Virus record (IMG/VR): IMGVR_UViG_3300032305_000737
Location: 1 to 39,145 of that record
Strand: one strand, 5' to 3'
Length of the DNA stretch: 39,145 nt
From: a virus
Taxonomy: Duplodnaviria > Caudoviricetes
Position 1 is the first letter of the stretch; the number at the start of each line of letters is the position of its first letter. Shown here piece by piece: positions 1 to 6,623 of the stretch. The notes under the pieces were generated by a model, which ran no database searches, had not been told where the DNA came from, and saw only the letters and a list, made by a program, of their open reading frames with translations. The position numbers were made by a program, and so were the translations under genes.

Positions 1-123
1 ACAAACATCTTGCACCCACAAATACAGGTTAGTATAGGTTTGCCAGTTAAGTCAAGCACTTAGTACCAGCCCTTGTTGTGGTGCAACCAAGCCTTACAGG
101 GTGTGCCATAACGATACTCGATA
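1..123. repeat. Terminal direct repeat, copy 1 (circular assembly overlap)
   Basis: Identical to 39023-39145, and ORFs read through the junction. Confidence 0.95.
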
Positions 124-464
124 TAGCGATAGGCTCTGAGTATCTGGACTGCTGGGTCTTTACTCTTCTCGCCTAACATCTGTGCAATTCCGTAGGCTGA
201 TGAGCCTTGCTGGTTCTTTGCCAGATGGTCGAATTTACTTTCCTTCATAAAGATTTTCCAGACACAATCCCGTTCTTTTTTATCCCAACCCCAGCCAACT
301 TGGGCATAGCGCATAGCCATTATCTTGTTGGCTTTCTTCTCTTCCATTGTTGCCTTGGTTCTTATAACTGGTGGCTTGTCATCTCTTATCTTTACTGTGT
401 GGTTTATCTGTGCAACTAAAAACACAGAAGTTAAAACCGATAGAATAATAAATCGTTTTGTCAT
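60..464 (-). CDS. Lytic transglycosylase (SLT/lysozyme-like fold) with N-terminal signal/TM segment
   Basis: Hydrophobic N-terminus; catalytic ES in MKESKF; SSAYGIAQ and YIEYRYGTPCKAW motifs typical of actinobacterial SLT-domain proteins. Confidence 0.8.
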   Translation of the reverse strand: MTKRFIILSVLTSVFLVAQINHTVKIRDDKPPVIRTKATMEEKKANKIMAMRYAQVGWGWDKKERDCVWKIFMKESKFDHLAKNQQGSSAYGIAQMLGEKSKDPAVQILRAYRYIEYRYGTPCKAWLHHNKGWY

Positions 465-814
465 TTATCTATTCTAGCAATCCTCAGTCGAACATTCCTT
501 CTGTGTCGTCTCTCTGCTCGAACCATATTTTCCTGTGGCTTCTTTGTTGTCAGTAAGTACCGCTCAACAGTTAGTAAACCACCCCAGATTGAGCCGTGCC
601 CGCCTGTAAACTCTAGGTTTTGACGCTCTAGCCCCTGCTCTAAACACTTAGCCCTGACTGGACATATGTGGCATAACTCTATTGCCTGTACACTTCGCAA
701 CACTTCCAACTTCTGCACATCTGAGTCGTTGGAATTGTTGTAGTGCCATAGGTCTGGGTCTGGGTGTTGATTACAGTTGCCTTCTTCGTGCCATCTTCTA
801 TCAGGCAACGTCAT
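461..814 (-). CDS. whiB: WhiB-family Fe-S transcriptional regulator
   Basis: W...C, CxxC-x5-C (CHICPVRAKC), GSIWGGL turn and basic C-terminus. Confidence 0.92.
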   Translation of the reverse strand: MTLPDRRWHEEGNCNQHPDPDLWHYNNSNDSDVQKLEVLRSVQAIELCHICPVRAKCLEQGLERQNLEFTGGHGSIWGGLLTVERYLLTTKKPQENMVRAERRHRRNVRLRIARIDK

Positions 815-1041
815 TAAATCACCGCTTTAAGGTGGCGTATCTCCAAGATAGAGGAAGGCAAAGAGTAGTGAATGTCTTCATAATATTTTTCGGTTTTAAT
901 CTCGTGTTCGTACAACCATTCGTCCTGTTCTTGAATGCTAAGAGATTTCCAATTTGCGGGGACTTCGGTGCCCTCTGGTAGCGTTACCTTGACAACTTGA
1001 ATTCCCTTAACTTCATATGTAATTTGAAATTCTTTATTCAC
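814..1041 (-). CDS. Hypothetical protein
   Basis: ORF track 814..1062; the likely start is GTG at 1041, overlapping the upstream TGA (GTGA coupling). Confidence 0.7.
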   Translation of the reverse strand: MNKEFQITYEVKGIQVVKVTLPEGTEVPANWKSLSIQEQDEWLYEHEIKTEKYYEDIHYSLPSSILEIRHLKAVI

Positions 1042-1178
1042 TCTGTCTCTCCGTTCTCGCAAGACTCACACGTCTTGGAATTGTAAGTGTTGCGGTCAAA
1101 CTCATTGTCACATTGGCTACACATAACCCACTCTGAGTCATCATAAAATACTGGGTCGTTTAGTTGTGGTTCACTCAT
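1038..1178 (-). CDS. Small zinc-ribbon protein (CxxC...CxxC)
   Basis: MSEPQLND...CSQC...CESC; GGAGG upstream of ATG 1178. Confidence 0.7.
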   Translation of the reverse strand: MSEPQLNDPVFYDDSEWVMCSQCDNEFDRNTYNSKTCESCENGETE

Positions 1179-1305
1179 CGTCTTCCTCCATTGGTTCCGC
1201 GTCTGTCTCTCCGTCTTTAATACACTCGCCACAGACATACCATTTGCCGTTGTCATCTAGCCAAATAAAATCTGCCACACCTTCACAGAACTTACACTCA
1301 TTCAT
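1171..1305 (-). CDS. 44-aa zinc-finger microprotein
   Basis: Hand translation MNECKFCEGVADFIWLDDNGKWYVCGECIKDGETDAEPMEEDDE; overlaps both neighbours; GAGGAGG upstream. Confidence 0.7.
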   Translation of the reverse strand: MNECKFCEGVADFIWLDDNGKWYVCGECIKDGETDAEPMEEDDE

Positions 1306-1402
1306 CTTCTTCCTCCTCTGTCATCAAGCCTAACTCTCTGAGTGCTTGCATTGCCTCGTTCAAACTATCTATTGCGCTTTTAATTTGTTGCTCTGTTGTC
1401 AT
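1298..1402 (-). CDS. 34-aa acidic microprotein
   Basis: MTTEQQIKSAIDSLNEAMQALRELGLMTEEEEDE; preceded by GACAGGAGAA. Confidence 0.65.
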   Translation of the reverse strand: MTTEQQIKSAIDSLNEAMQALRELGLMTEEEEDE

Positions 1403-1545
1403 TCGTTTTCTCCTGTCTTTGGGCAATCATCGAATGGGAAATATTCTTGCTCTTCACACCCGCACCAATTAAATTTCTCAACGTGCTGTGCGTGTGTTTG
1501 TAGTTCTGCTATATCTGACCAACTTAACTGCTCTTCTTGTTCCAT
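1399..1545 (-). CDS. 48-aa Cys-containing microprotein
   Basis: MEQEEQLSWSDIAELQTHAQHVEKFNWCGCEEQEYFPFDDCPKTGENE; GACAGGAGAA RBS; ATGA overlap with the next gene. Confidence 0.7.
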   Translation of the reverse strand: MEQEEQLSWSDIAELQTHAQHVEKFNWCGCEEQEYFPFDDCPKTGENE

Positions 1546-1573
1546 TCTGTTCTCCTGTCGTTGCATTTCCATA

Positions 1574-1610
1574 AGCCTAGGCGATTTGCCTTGGCTTGTC
1601 TAGCATTTGC
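1574..1610 (-). promoter_or_regulatory. SigA-type promoter TAGACA-17-TAGGCT with upstream GCAAATGC
   Basis: -35 at 1602-1597 and -10 at 1579-1574; the 17-mer around the -35 is 16/17 identical to 4006-4022. Confidence 0.6.
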
Positions 1611-1674
1611 GCTTTAGTTCTTGTCCGTGATGACATTCATTAAGAGGTCGTAAACAATCTCCGCAAATAATCAT
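1600..1674 (-). CDS. 24-aa Cys/His microprotein
   Basis: MIICGDCLRPLNECHHGQELKRKC; ATGA coupling with the upstream gene. Confidence 0.45.
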   Translation of the reverse strand: MIICGDCLRPLNECHHGQELKRKC

Positions 1675-1838
1675 CGCTCGTCCCTATATTTAATTATGGT
1701 CTGCATTATCTGGCAAACTTTGCACTCGCAAGGCTCGCCTCCCATATTCCACTCGAACTCTAAGTGTGAATAATTGTCCTCGTAAATTTCATTGAGTAAT
1801 TGTTCCACTGTGTAGGGCTTGGTTTCTGTGGTGCTCAT
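1671..1838 (-). CDS. 55-aa hypothetical protein (CxCxxC)
   Basis: MSTTETKPYTVEQLLNEIYEDNYSHLEFEWNMGGEPCECKVCQIMQTIIKYRDER; ATGA overlaps on both sides. Confidence 0.7.
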   Translation of the reverse strand: MSTTETKPYTVEQLLNEIYEDNYSHLEFEWNMGGEPCECKVCQIMQTIIKYRDER

Positions 1839-2158
1839 TCGTTGCCCCGTTCTGCAATCATTTGCCCCGTGCGAATGCCTGCTATGAGGCTTCTGAGGGT
1901 GCGCTCCGCCTCTGCCTTGGTTCCGCCTAGGTAATCACTAAACCCGCGAGGCTCCCAGTGTCCTGAGCCGTACTTGCTACCGCCTGAAAAGTGAATGCGA
2001 TAAGCGCGTCCGTAAGTTTTTGAGCCCGCTTGAAGTACTAAGTGCGGGCGTTTATTTGACTCGTAAGTATCTGGCACTTCTTCGCCCTCTAGTAATGGCT
2101 TTACTAACTCTTCAAGAACACCAACTAATCGGTGTAGGTCTTCCATTTTTGTTTGCAT
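1835..2158 (-). CDS. Hypothetical protein
   Basis: 107-aa ORF with GACAGGAGAA RBS at 2174-2165. Confidence 0.8.
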   Translation of the reverse strand: MQTKMEDLHRLVGVLEELVKPLLEGEEVPDTYESNKRPHLVLQAGSKTYGRAYRIHFSGGSKYGSGHWEPRGFSDYLGGTKAEAERTLRSLIAGIRTGQMIAERGNE

Positions 2159-2251
2159 TTATTCTTCTCCTGTCGTGATGTCGTTGTCTATTAGTATTCC
2201 TGCAATACATAGAAAGATTATAGGGAAAACGGCTAAAAGTAAAGGGGTCAT
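2159..2251 (-). CDS. 30-aa membrane peptide
   Basis: MTPLLLAVFPIIFLCIAGILIDNDITTGEE; fills the gap exactly and overlaps the upstream stop. Confidence 0.55.
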   Translation of the reverse strand: MTPLLLAVFPIIFLCIAGILIDNDITTGEE

Positions 2252-2400
2252 TGTGTGCCCTTTCTTGCGTCGCTCTTCTCCCATTCGGAGAGCCACAGAC
2301 GCAAGGCGTCGCGGTTTTGCGTTCTGAGTGCTTCGCTAAAGCACCACACGCGGAGAGCGTTTGTTGAATTTGTGTTTATAAGTTCCAATAATTGTGCCAT
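2248..2400 (-). CDS. 50-aa hypothetical protein
   Basis: MAQLLELINTNSTNALRVWCFSEALRTQNRDALRLWLSEW...; ACAGGAGG RBS; internal ALRVW/ALRLW repeat. Confidence 0.65.
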   Translation of the reverse strand: MAQLLELINTNSTNALRVWCFSEALRTQNRDALRLWLSEWEKSDARKGTQ

Positions 2401-2550
2401 TTATTTTCCTCCTGTTTGTTTGTCGTATGCTCTGACTCTTGCCATTCCTCTTCGGTGTGCGTCTCGTATTGCGTCCAACAGCATTAGACACCCTCCGATT
2501 AAGCCCGCGTAGGTGATAAGCACAAGCCCTGTTATGAGTGCGCTTTCCAT
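2401..2550 (-). CDS. 49-aa membrane protein
   Basis: MESALITGLVLITYAGLIGGCLMLLDAIRD...; CAGGAGG RBS; TAATG coupling. Confidence 0.65.
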   Translation of the reverse strand: MESALITGLVLITYAGLIGGCLMLLDAIRDAHRRGMARVRAYDKQTGGK

Positions 2551-2792
2551 TAGTTGCCCTCCTGTGTATCTGCCAGAAAAATAACCTTGTCGCTTTCGTG
2601 TTGTTGTAAAAATTGCTTTACGCTTGCAAGGGTTTGAAACTCAACTCTAAAGTCAATATCTCGCGTAAACATCACACGCCCCGCCCGCCATAAGTGCCCC
2701 TCTCTGTAAGCGTAGTATTGCCCGCACTCTGTGGCGTGATATGTCCCGCAATTTTTCCATTTCAAAACCTTGTTTGAAATTGTCGTGTGCAT
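2550..2792 (-). CDS. Hypothetical protein
   Basis: 80-aa ORF, TAATG-coupled at both ends. Confidence 0.75.
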   Translation of the reverse strand: MHTTISNKVLKWKNCGTYHATECGQYYAYREGHLWRAGRVMFTRDIDFRVEFQTLASVKQFLQQHESDKVIFLADTQEGN

Positions 2793-3109
2793 TAGTTCAC
2801 CCCCTGTAAACTGTCGGCGATAGCGTTACGGGTAAGGTTCTGGTGCTTGCTTGTTGTAACGCTAAATTTTTGCGCGACAACGTACCAACCGCGGGCGTCT
2901 GTGTGCCAAGCGATAGGCGTCCCATATGAAAAGACTACATAAGCAATTCTTGACTCATTCATAGCAGACTCAAGGAGTGCATATTCTTCGCGGTTCAAAC
3001 GTCCCTCGCTTGGGGTGTAATCTTTAAAGTTTCCCGATAGTGCCGACGCCTTGAACTCATCGCGGGTTGCGATGTAGTGAATAGCGTCTCTCTGGTTTAG
3101 TTGTTTCAT
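2792..3109 (-). CDS. Conserved phage early protein of unknown function (SYxTPIA...SxTTSKHQ type)
   Basis: Motifs VFSYGTPIAW and FSVTTSKHQN; GACAGGAGAA RBS. Confidence 0.8.
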   Translation of the reverse strand: MKQLNQRDAIHYIATRDEFKASALSGNFKDYTPSEGRLNREEYALLESAMNESRIAYVVFSYGTPIAWHTDARGWYVVAQKFSVTTSKHQNLTRNAIADSLQGVN

Positions 3110-3154
3110 TCTGTTCTCCTGTCGTTGTTTGGTTCTGGTAGATTTTCTACCCGT

Positions 3155-3202
3155 ACCCCGCTAGTGTCTCGAACACTTCGCACTCTGTAAAGTGTGCGGG
3201 GC
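3155..3202 (-). ncRNA. Mini tRNA-like element A
   Basis: 7-bp stem GCCCCGC/GCGGGGT enclosing a CACT/AGTG arm and an AGTG-TTCGAGA-CACT T-arm. Confidence 0.65.
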
Positions 3203-3213
3203 TGTGAGTTGCC

Positions 3214-3321
3214 TCACTTAGTTGCTTTTTTATGGTTCTTTCTTGTGCATTTGCCGCAAATCTTGTGAGCCGTAAAGGCTAGCAATAAATCGCTATCATC
3301 TCCGCATTGTTGGCATTTCAT
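3214..3321 (-). CDS. 35-aa zinc-finger microprotein
   Basis: MKCQQCGDDSDLLLAFTAHKICGKCTRKNHKKATK; TAATG coupling; it is the 3' part of track ORF 3214..3474. Confidence 0.65.
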   Translation of the reverse strand: MKCQQCGDDSDLLLAFTAHKICGKCTRKNHKKATK

Positions 3322-3494
3322 TAGAAGTTGTCCTCCCACATCTTGAAAGCCCACACGCCGACACCCGCAAGAACTAGCGCAACACCCGCGAATGGTAGAA
3401 CCTGTGCCCCGATACCCCAAGCCCATAGAAATATATTTCCTTGGTTGTAAGCGTCCTCTGTAACCTGTGCCCAAGTTGTCAAGTAGTTAATCAT
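3321..3494 (-). CDS. 57-aa membrane protein
   Basis: MINYLTTWAQVTEDAYNQGNIFLWAWGIGAQVLPFAGVALVLAGVGVWAFKMWEDNF; GACAGGAGAA RBS at 3512-3503. Confidence 0.7.
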   Translation of the reverse strand: MINYLTTWAQVTEDAYNQGNIFLWAWGIGAQVLPFAGVALVLAGVGVWAFKMWEDNF

Positions 3495-3540
3495 TTTCTG
3501 TTTTCTCCTGTCTAAGGCGGGCGGTGTTGCCCTGCCTAGT

Positions 3541-3581
3541 GCCCCCGTCGGATTGTGAACCCGTACCCGCTAGGCGGGGGC
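3541..3581 (-). ncRNA. Mini tRNA-like element B
   Basis: 7-bp stem GCCCCCG/CGGGGGC, a short arm, and a CGGG-TTCACAA-TCCG T-arm; same flanks (ACA...AC) as element A. Confidence 0.6.
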
Positions 3582-3595
3582 TGTCTTGCCCTTGC

Positions 3596-3760
3596 TTACA
3601 TATCCCAACCCTTTATATATCTCCACTCTTGGCGGATTGAGTTCTGCAATAAAGCCAAGGTGTAGAGACTTTCTCTATCCTTGCGAGCCTCTAGGGTCTC
3701 GCGGTATTGGTTAAGTGCCCCTTCTAGTAGTTCCAACTCATCAAGTGTCAAGTTCTTCAT
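3596..3760 (-). CDS. 54-aa hypothetical protein
   Basis: MKNLTLDELELLEGALNQYRETLEARKDRESLYTLALLQNSIRQEWRYIKGWDM; TAATG coupling. Confidence 0.65.
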   Translation of the reverse strand: MKNLTLDELELLEGALNQYRETLEARKDRESLYTLALLQNSIRQEWRYIKGWDM

Positions 3761-3936
3761 TACATTCTCACCCCGTTAACAATATAACCACCGCTCAAGA
3801 TGTGCTCAAGGTCTCCTAAAACTGTTTTGATAGTTTCAAGGATTTCACCCTGTGCGCCATATGCCTCCTCTGCCTTTATTTGGTTTTGAATTGCTAACTT
3901 AATCTCTGTGAGTGAGAGAGTTTCGCTTGTGTTCAT
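3760..3936 (-). CDS. 58-aa hypothetical protein, first gene of the leftward operon
   Basis: MNTSETLSLTEIKLAIQNQIKAEEAYG...; GACAGGAGAA RBS at 3950-3941. Confidence 0.7.
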   Translation of the reverse strand: MNTSETLSLTEIKLAIQNQIKAEEAYGAQGEILETIKTVLGDLEHILSGGYIVNGVRM

Positions 3937-3984
3937 TTGGTTCTCCTGTCTTCGCTTGGGGCTTATTCCCCTTGCTATGACTTA

Positions 3985-4022
3985 ACTCTCTCACGCTTGG
4001 GGGGTGCTTGTCAAGCATTTGC
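3985..4022 (-). promoter_or_regulatory. Putative early promoter TTGACA-18-GAGAGT (TGn-extended)
   Basis: Perfect -35 at 4014-4009 within GCAAATGCTTGACAAGC; the -10 is weak. Confidence 0.45.
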
Positions 4023-4046
4023 CACATATTTTTTACGCTTATGTCG

Positions 4047-4062
4047 TGTGAGATACATCACA
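4047..4062. promoter_or_regulatory. CRP/GlxR-type box TGTGA-N6-TCACA
   Basis: tgtga gataca tcaca, a perfect consensus match. Confidence 0.6.
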
Positions 4063-4122
4063 TCAACCGACAAGGGGAAATCTATAAAGCACACGGGTTA
4101 GAGATTGTCAAGGGTGAAACCC

Positions 4123-4138
4123 TGTGAGTTACATCACA
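4123..4138. promoter_or_regulatory. CRP/GlxR-type box TGTGA-N6-TCACA
   Basis: tgtga gttaca tcaca, a perfect consensus match; 11 nt upstream of a minus-strand TTGACA (4111-4106). Confidence 0.6.
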
Positions 4139-4139
4139 C

Positions 4140-4745
4140 TCGCGGAACCTGTTGAGGGTTGGATAAGTTGTTGAACTTTCAACTACTTCCCCGCATTTCA
4201 TAGTTCAATCTTTAAAGACTAGACCCCGCGAATTATGGGAGGGGGATAGTCACCTATTAAGTCTATTCATTATGCGATTATATCCTTGCCAAACTCTGGC
4301 ATTTAAACCCGCAATCCTGCGGGATTTATATTATAAACAAGACTCTAACCCTCTGGTAAAGGGTGAGGGTCTGCCTCACCTAACTATTGCGGTATCTTTT
4401 GACCCTAGGGTTGTTTAATTGGCTTACTTACTTGTATATATACTCCCATTCTAATTTTCTGTTATATTCGCTAAATGCGCCCTGACCAGGGCTTTTATAT
4501 ATATTAGCCCCCCTTATAAAGATATTTAAAAATATATTGATATTAAGTGTTCGGTTTTGGTACTTTGAACGGGTTATCTTATATGTAAAGATTAATTATA
4601 ATCTTTAACGGATTAACCTCCGTTTGCTCTACGGTTAATCCTTAATTAATATATAATATATATAACAGTTGCCACAGTTATGCCGTCTAACGGGTACCGT
4701 TTATACATCGTTTTATAACCTCTACAGAGGGCAACTTTAGGGGGC
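4140..4745. other. Non-coding AT-rich, palindrome-dense region (candidate origin, packaging site or genome end)
   Basis: No ORFs; lies at the divergence point of the two transcription directions; many inverted repeats and TA runs. Confidence 0.5.
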
Positions 4746-4749
4746 ACCT

Positions 4750-6615
4750 ATGGGACGCAAGCCAGGAATTCAGAACATCCCCAAGCGCGAGGCGCAAGAG
4801 AAAGTTCTACTCCAACTAGAGCAAGGCTCGACCATTACAGCGGCTATGGCATCTGTAGGACGTAACGACGTCACCTTCCGCCAGTGGACAATGAACGAAC
4901 CTGAGTTCAAGGAACGCTCTGACAAAGCCCGACTGGTCGGTAAAGGGGTTATCGCTGACTTAGGCGACTTGAAGGAAATCTCCTTCCCAGACTTCTGTGA
5001 GCAGTTCCTAGATACCAAGATGTTCCCTCACCACCTCAACTGGATTGATTTAATCGAGGGGCGCGAGCCGCGCTGGATACACCCTGCTATGACCTACGAG
5101 CCAGGGGCTGTCAACAGAGTGCTCGTCAACGTCCCACCTGAGCACGCTAAGTCTACGGTCATCACGACCAACTATGTGACCTACAAGATTGTGACGAACC
5201 CCAACTCACGAGTCATCATTGTCTCAAAGACTCAGGGTATGGCACGCAAGTTCCTTGGTGCGATTAAGACAAGACTTAACCACCCCGCCTTTATCAAACT
5301 GCAGACTGCTTTTGGTCCAAATGGCGGATATAAGGCAGACGCCACTACGTGGTCTGCAGATATGATTTATTTGGGTACAGGACGCGATAGTGGCGAAAAA
5401 GACCCAACAGTTCAAGCACTAGGACTTGGTTCCCAGATTTATGGTGCTCGTGCCGACTTGATTATTGTCGATGACGCTGTGATGGGTAGCAACGCCCACG
5501 AGTGGGAAAAGCAGATGGAATGGCTTCAGAAGGAAGTTATTACCCGTCTTGGACGCTACGGTAAACTTATCATCGTAGGTACCAGAGTCTCACCGATTGA
5601 CCTCTACAAGATGCTACGAGATGGCTCACAGTGGACTGGTGGCAAATCACCCTTCACCTATATGGCTATGCCAGCCGTTCTTGAGTTTGACGAGAAACCT
5701 GCAAATTGGAAAACCCTTTGGGCTAAAACTGATAGACCCGAAGGAGATGTGGACGAACCTGATGCCGACGGACTTTATCCGAAATGGGATGGACCCGCGC
5801 TCTTTACACGTCGCTCTGAGGTCGCTCCGTCAGTTTGGGCTATGGTCTACCAACAGGAAGACGTCCAAGAAGATTCAATCTTCTCACCTTCCTGTGTCGC
5901 AGGTTCCGTCAACGGAATGCGAAAGCGCGGACCACTAAAGGCTGGTAACCCAGGACATCCTAAGCACGTTGAGGGATACACCATCATTGGTCTTGACCCT
6001 GCTATGGCAGGTGCTACAGGAGCAGTCGTTTGTACCTACAACAAGGCTGACGGAAAAATCTATGTGCTAGATGCGGTCAATATGACAGACCCTACTCCAC
6101 AGAAGATTCAAAATTTAATCGAAGATTGGGTGGAGAAATACCGCCCTCAAGAATTGCGTATCGAAATCAATGCACATCAGAAAGCGTATGCGCTGGACGA
6201 CCATCTACGAAACTTCTTAGCAGGTTACGGTACGCAACTGAATTCACACTTTACTGGCAAGAATAAGTGGGACACTTCTTTTGGTGTGGCATCTATGGCT
6301 ACCCTCTTTGGTAATACTAGAGATGGCAGATTCCAAGATAACAACATCATCGAACTACCAAGCAATGAAGGCTCTGAGGGTTTAAAGACTCTTGTACAGG
6401 AACTCATTACTTGGAAGCCAGATACCAGAAACCCTACTGACGTTGTTATGGCTCTATGGTTTGCGGTTATCCGCATTAGAGAGTTAATGCAAAAGTCAAG
6501 TCAAGCATCACAGTATCAAAGCAACCGCTGGGCAACTCGCGCTCAACAAGGTCGCAGATATGCAGTCAATTTAGATGACGCATTTGCAGACCAATGGTCA
6601 AACCAATACGGATAG
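4750..6615 (+). CDS. terL: Terminase large subunit with N-terminal HTH-like extension
   Basis: Walker A-like VPPEHAKST, Walker B LIIVDD, coupling motif VGTR, RNase H-like IGLDPA and DVVMAL; upstream of the portal. Confidence 0.93.
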   Translation: MGRKPGIQNIPKREAQEKVLLQLEQGSTITAAMASVGRNDVTFRQWTMNEPEFKERSDKARLVGKGVIADLGDLKEISFPDFCEQFLDTKMFPHHLNWIDLIEGREPRWIHPAMTYEPGAVNRVLVNVPPEHAKSTVITTNYVTYKIVTNPNSRVIIVSKTQGMARKFLGAIKTRLNHPAFIKLQTAFGPNGGYKADATTWSADMIYLGTGRDSGEKDPTVQALGLGSQIYGARADLIIVDDAVMGSNAHEWEKQMEWLQKEVITRLGRYGKLIIVGTRVSPIDLYKMLRDGSQWTGGKSPFTYMAMPAVLEFDEKPANWKTLWAKTDRPEGDVDEPDADGLYPKWDGPALFTRRSEVAPSVWAMVYQQEDVQEDSIFSPSCVAGSVNGMRKRGPLKAGNPGHPKHVEGYTIIGLDPAMAGATGAVVCTYNKADGKIYVLDAVNMTDPTPQKIQNLIEDWVEKYRPQELRIEINAHQKAYALDDHLRNFLAGYGTQLNSHFTGKNKWDTSFGVASMATLFGNTRDGRFQDNNIIELPSNEGSEGLKTLVQELITWKPDTRNPTDVVMALWFAVIRIRELMQKSSQASQYQSNRWATRAQQGRRYAVNLDDAFADQWSNQYG

Positions 6616-6623
6616 GAATAACT

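Noticed and set aside
26-55. TTGACT...TATACT promoter on the minus strand
   Set aside because: The spacer is only 13 nt and it lies inside a coding region.
1-123. Biological terminal repeat
   Set aside because: It falls in the middle of coding genes and has a k-mer-like length, so an assembler circular overlap is more likely than a physical end.
207-2512. Plus-strand track ORFs 207..419, 682..981, 1346..1603 and 2255..2512
   Set aside because: They are antisense shadows of a fully tiled minus-strand operon, with no RBS or motifs.
3214-3474. Track ORF of 86 aa as one gene
   Set aside because: Better explained by 3321..3494 (motif RBS, TM protein) coupled to 3214..3321.
3155-3581. Genuine tRNA genes or attP
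   Set aside because: The elements are only 41-48 nt with no anticodon arm or CCA, and no integrase was found. They are kept as tRNA-like elements.
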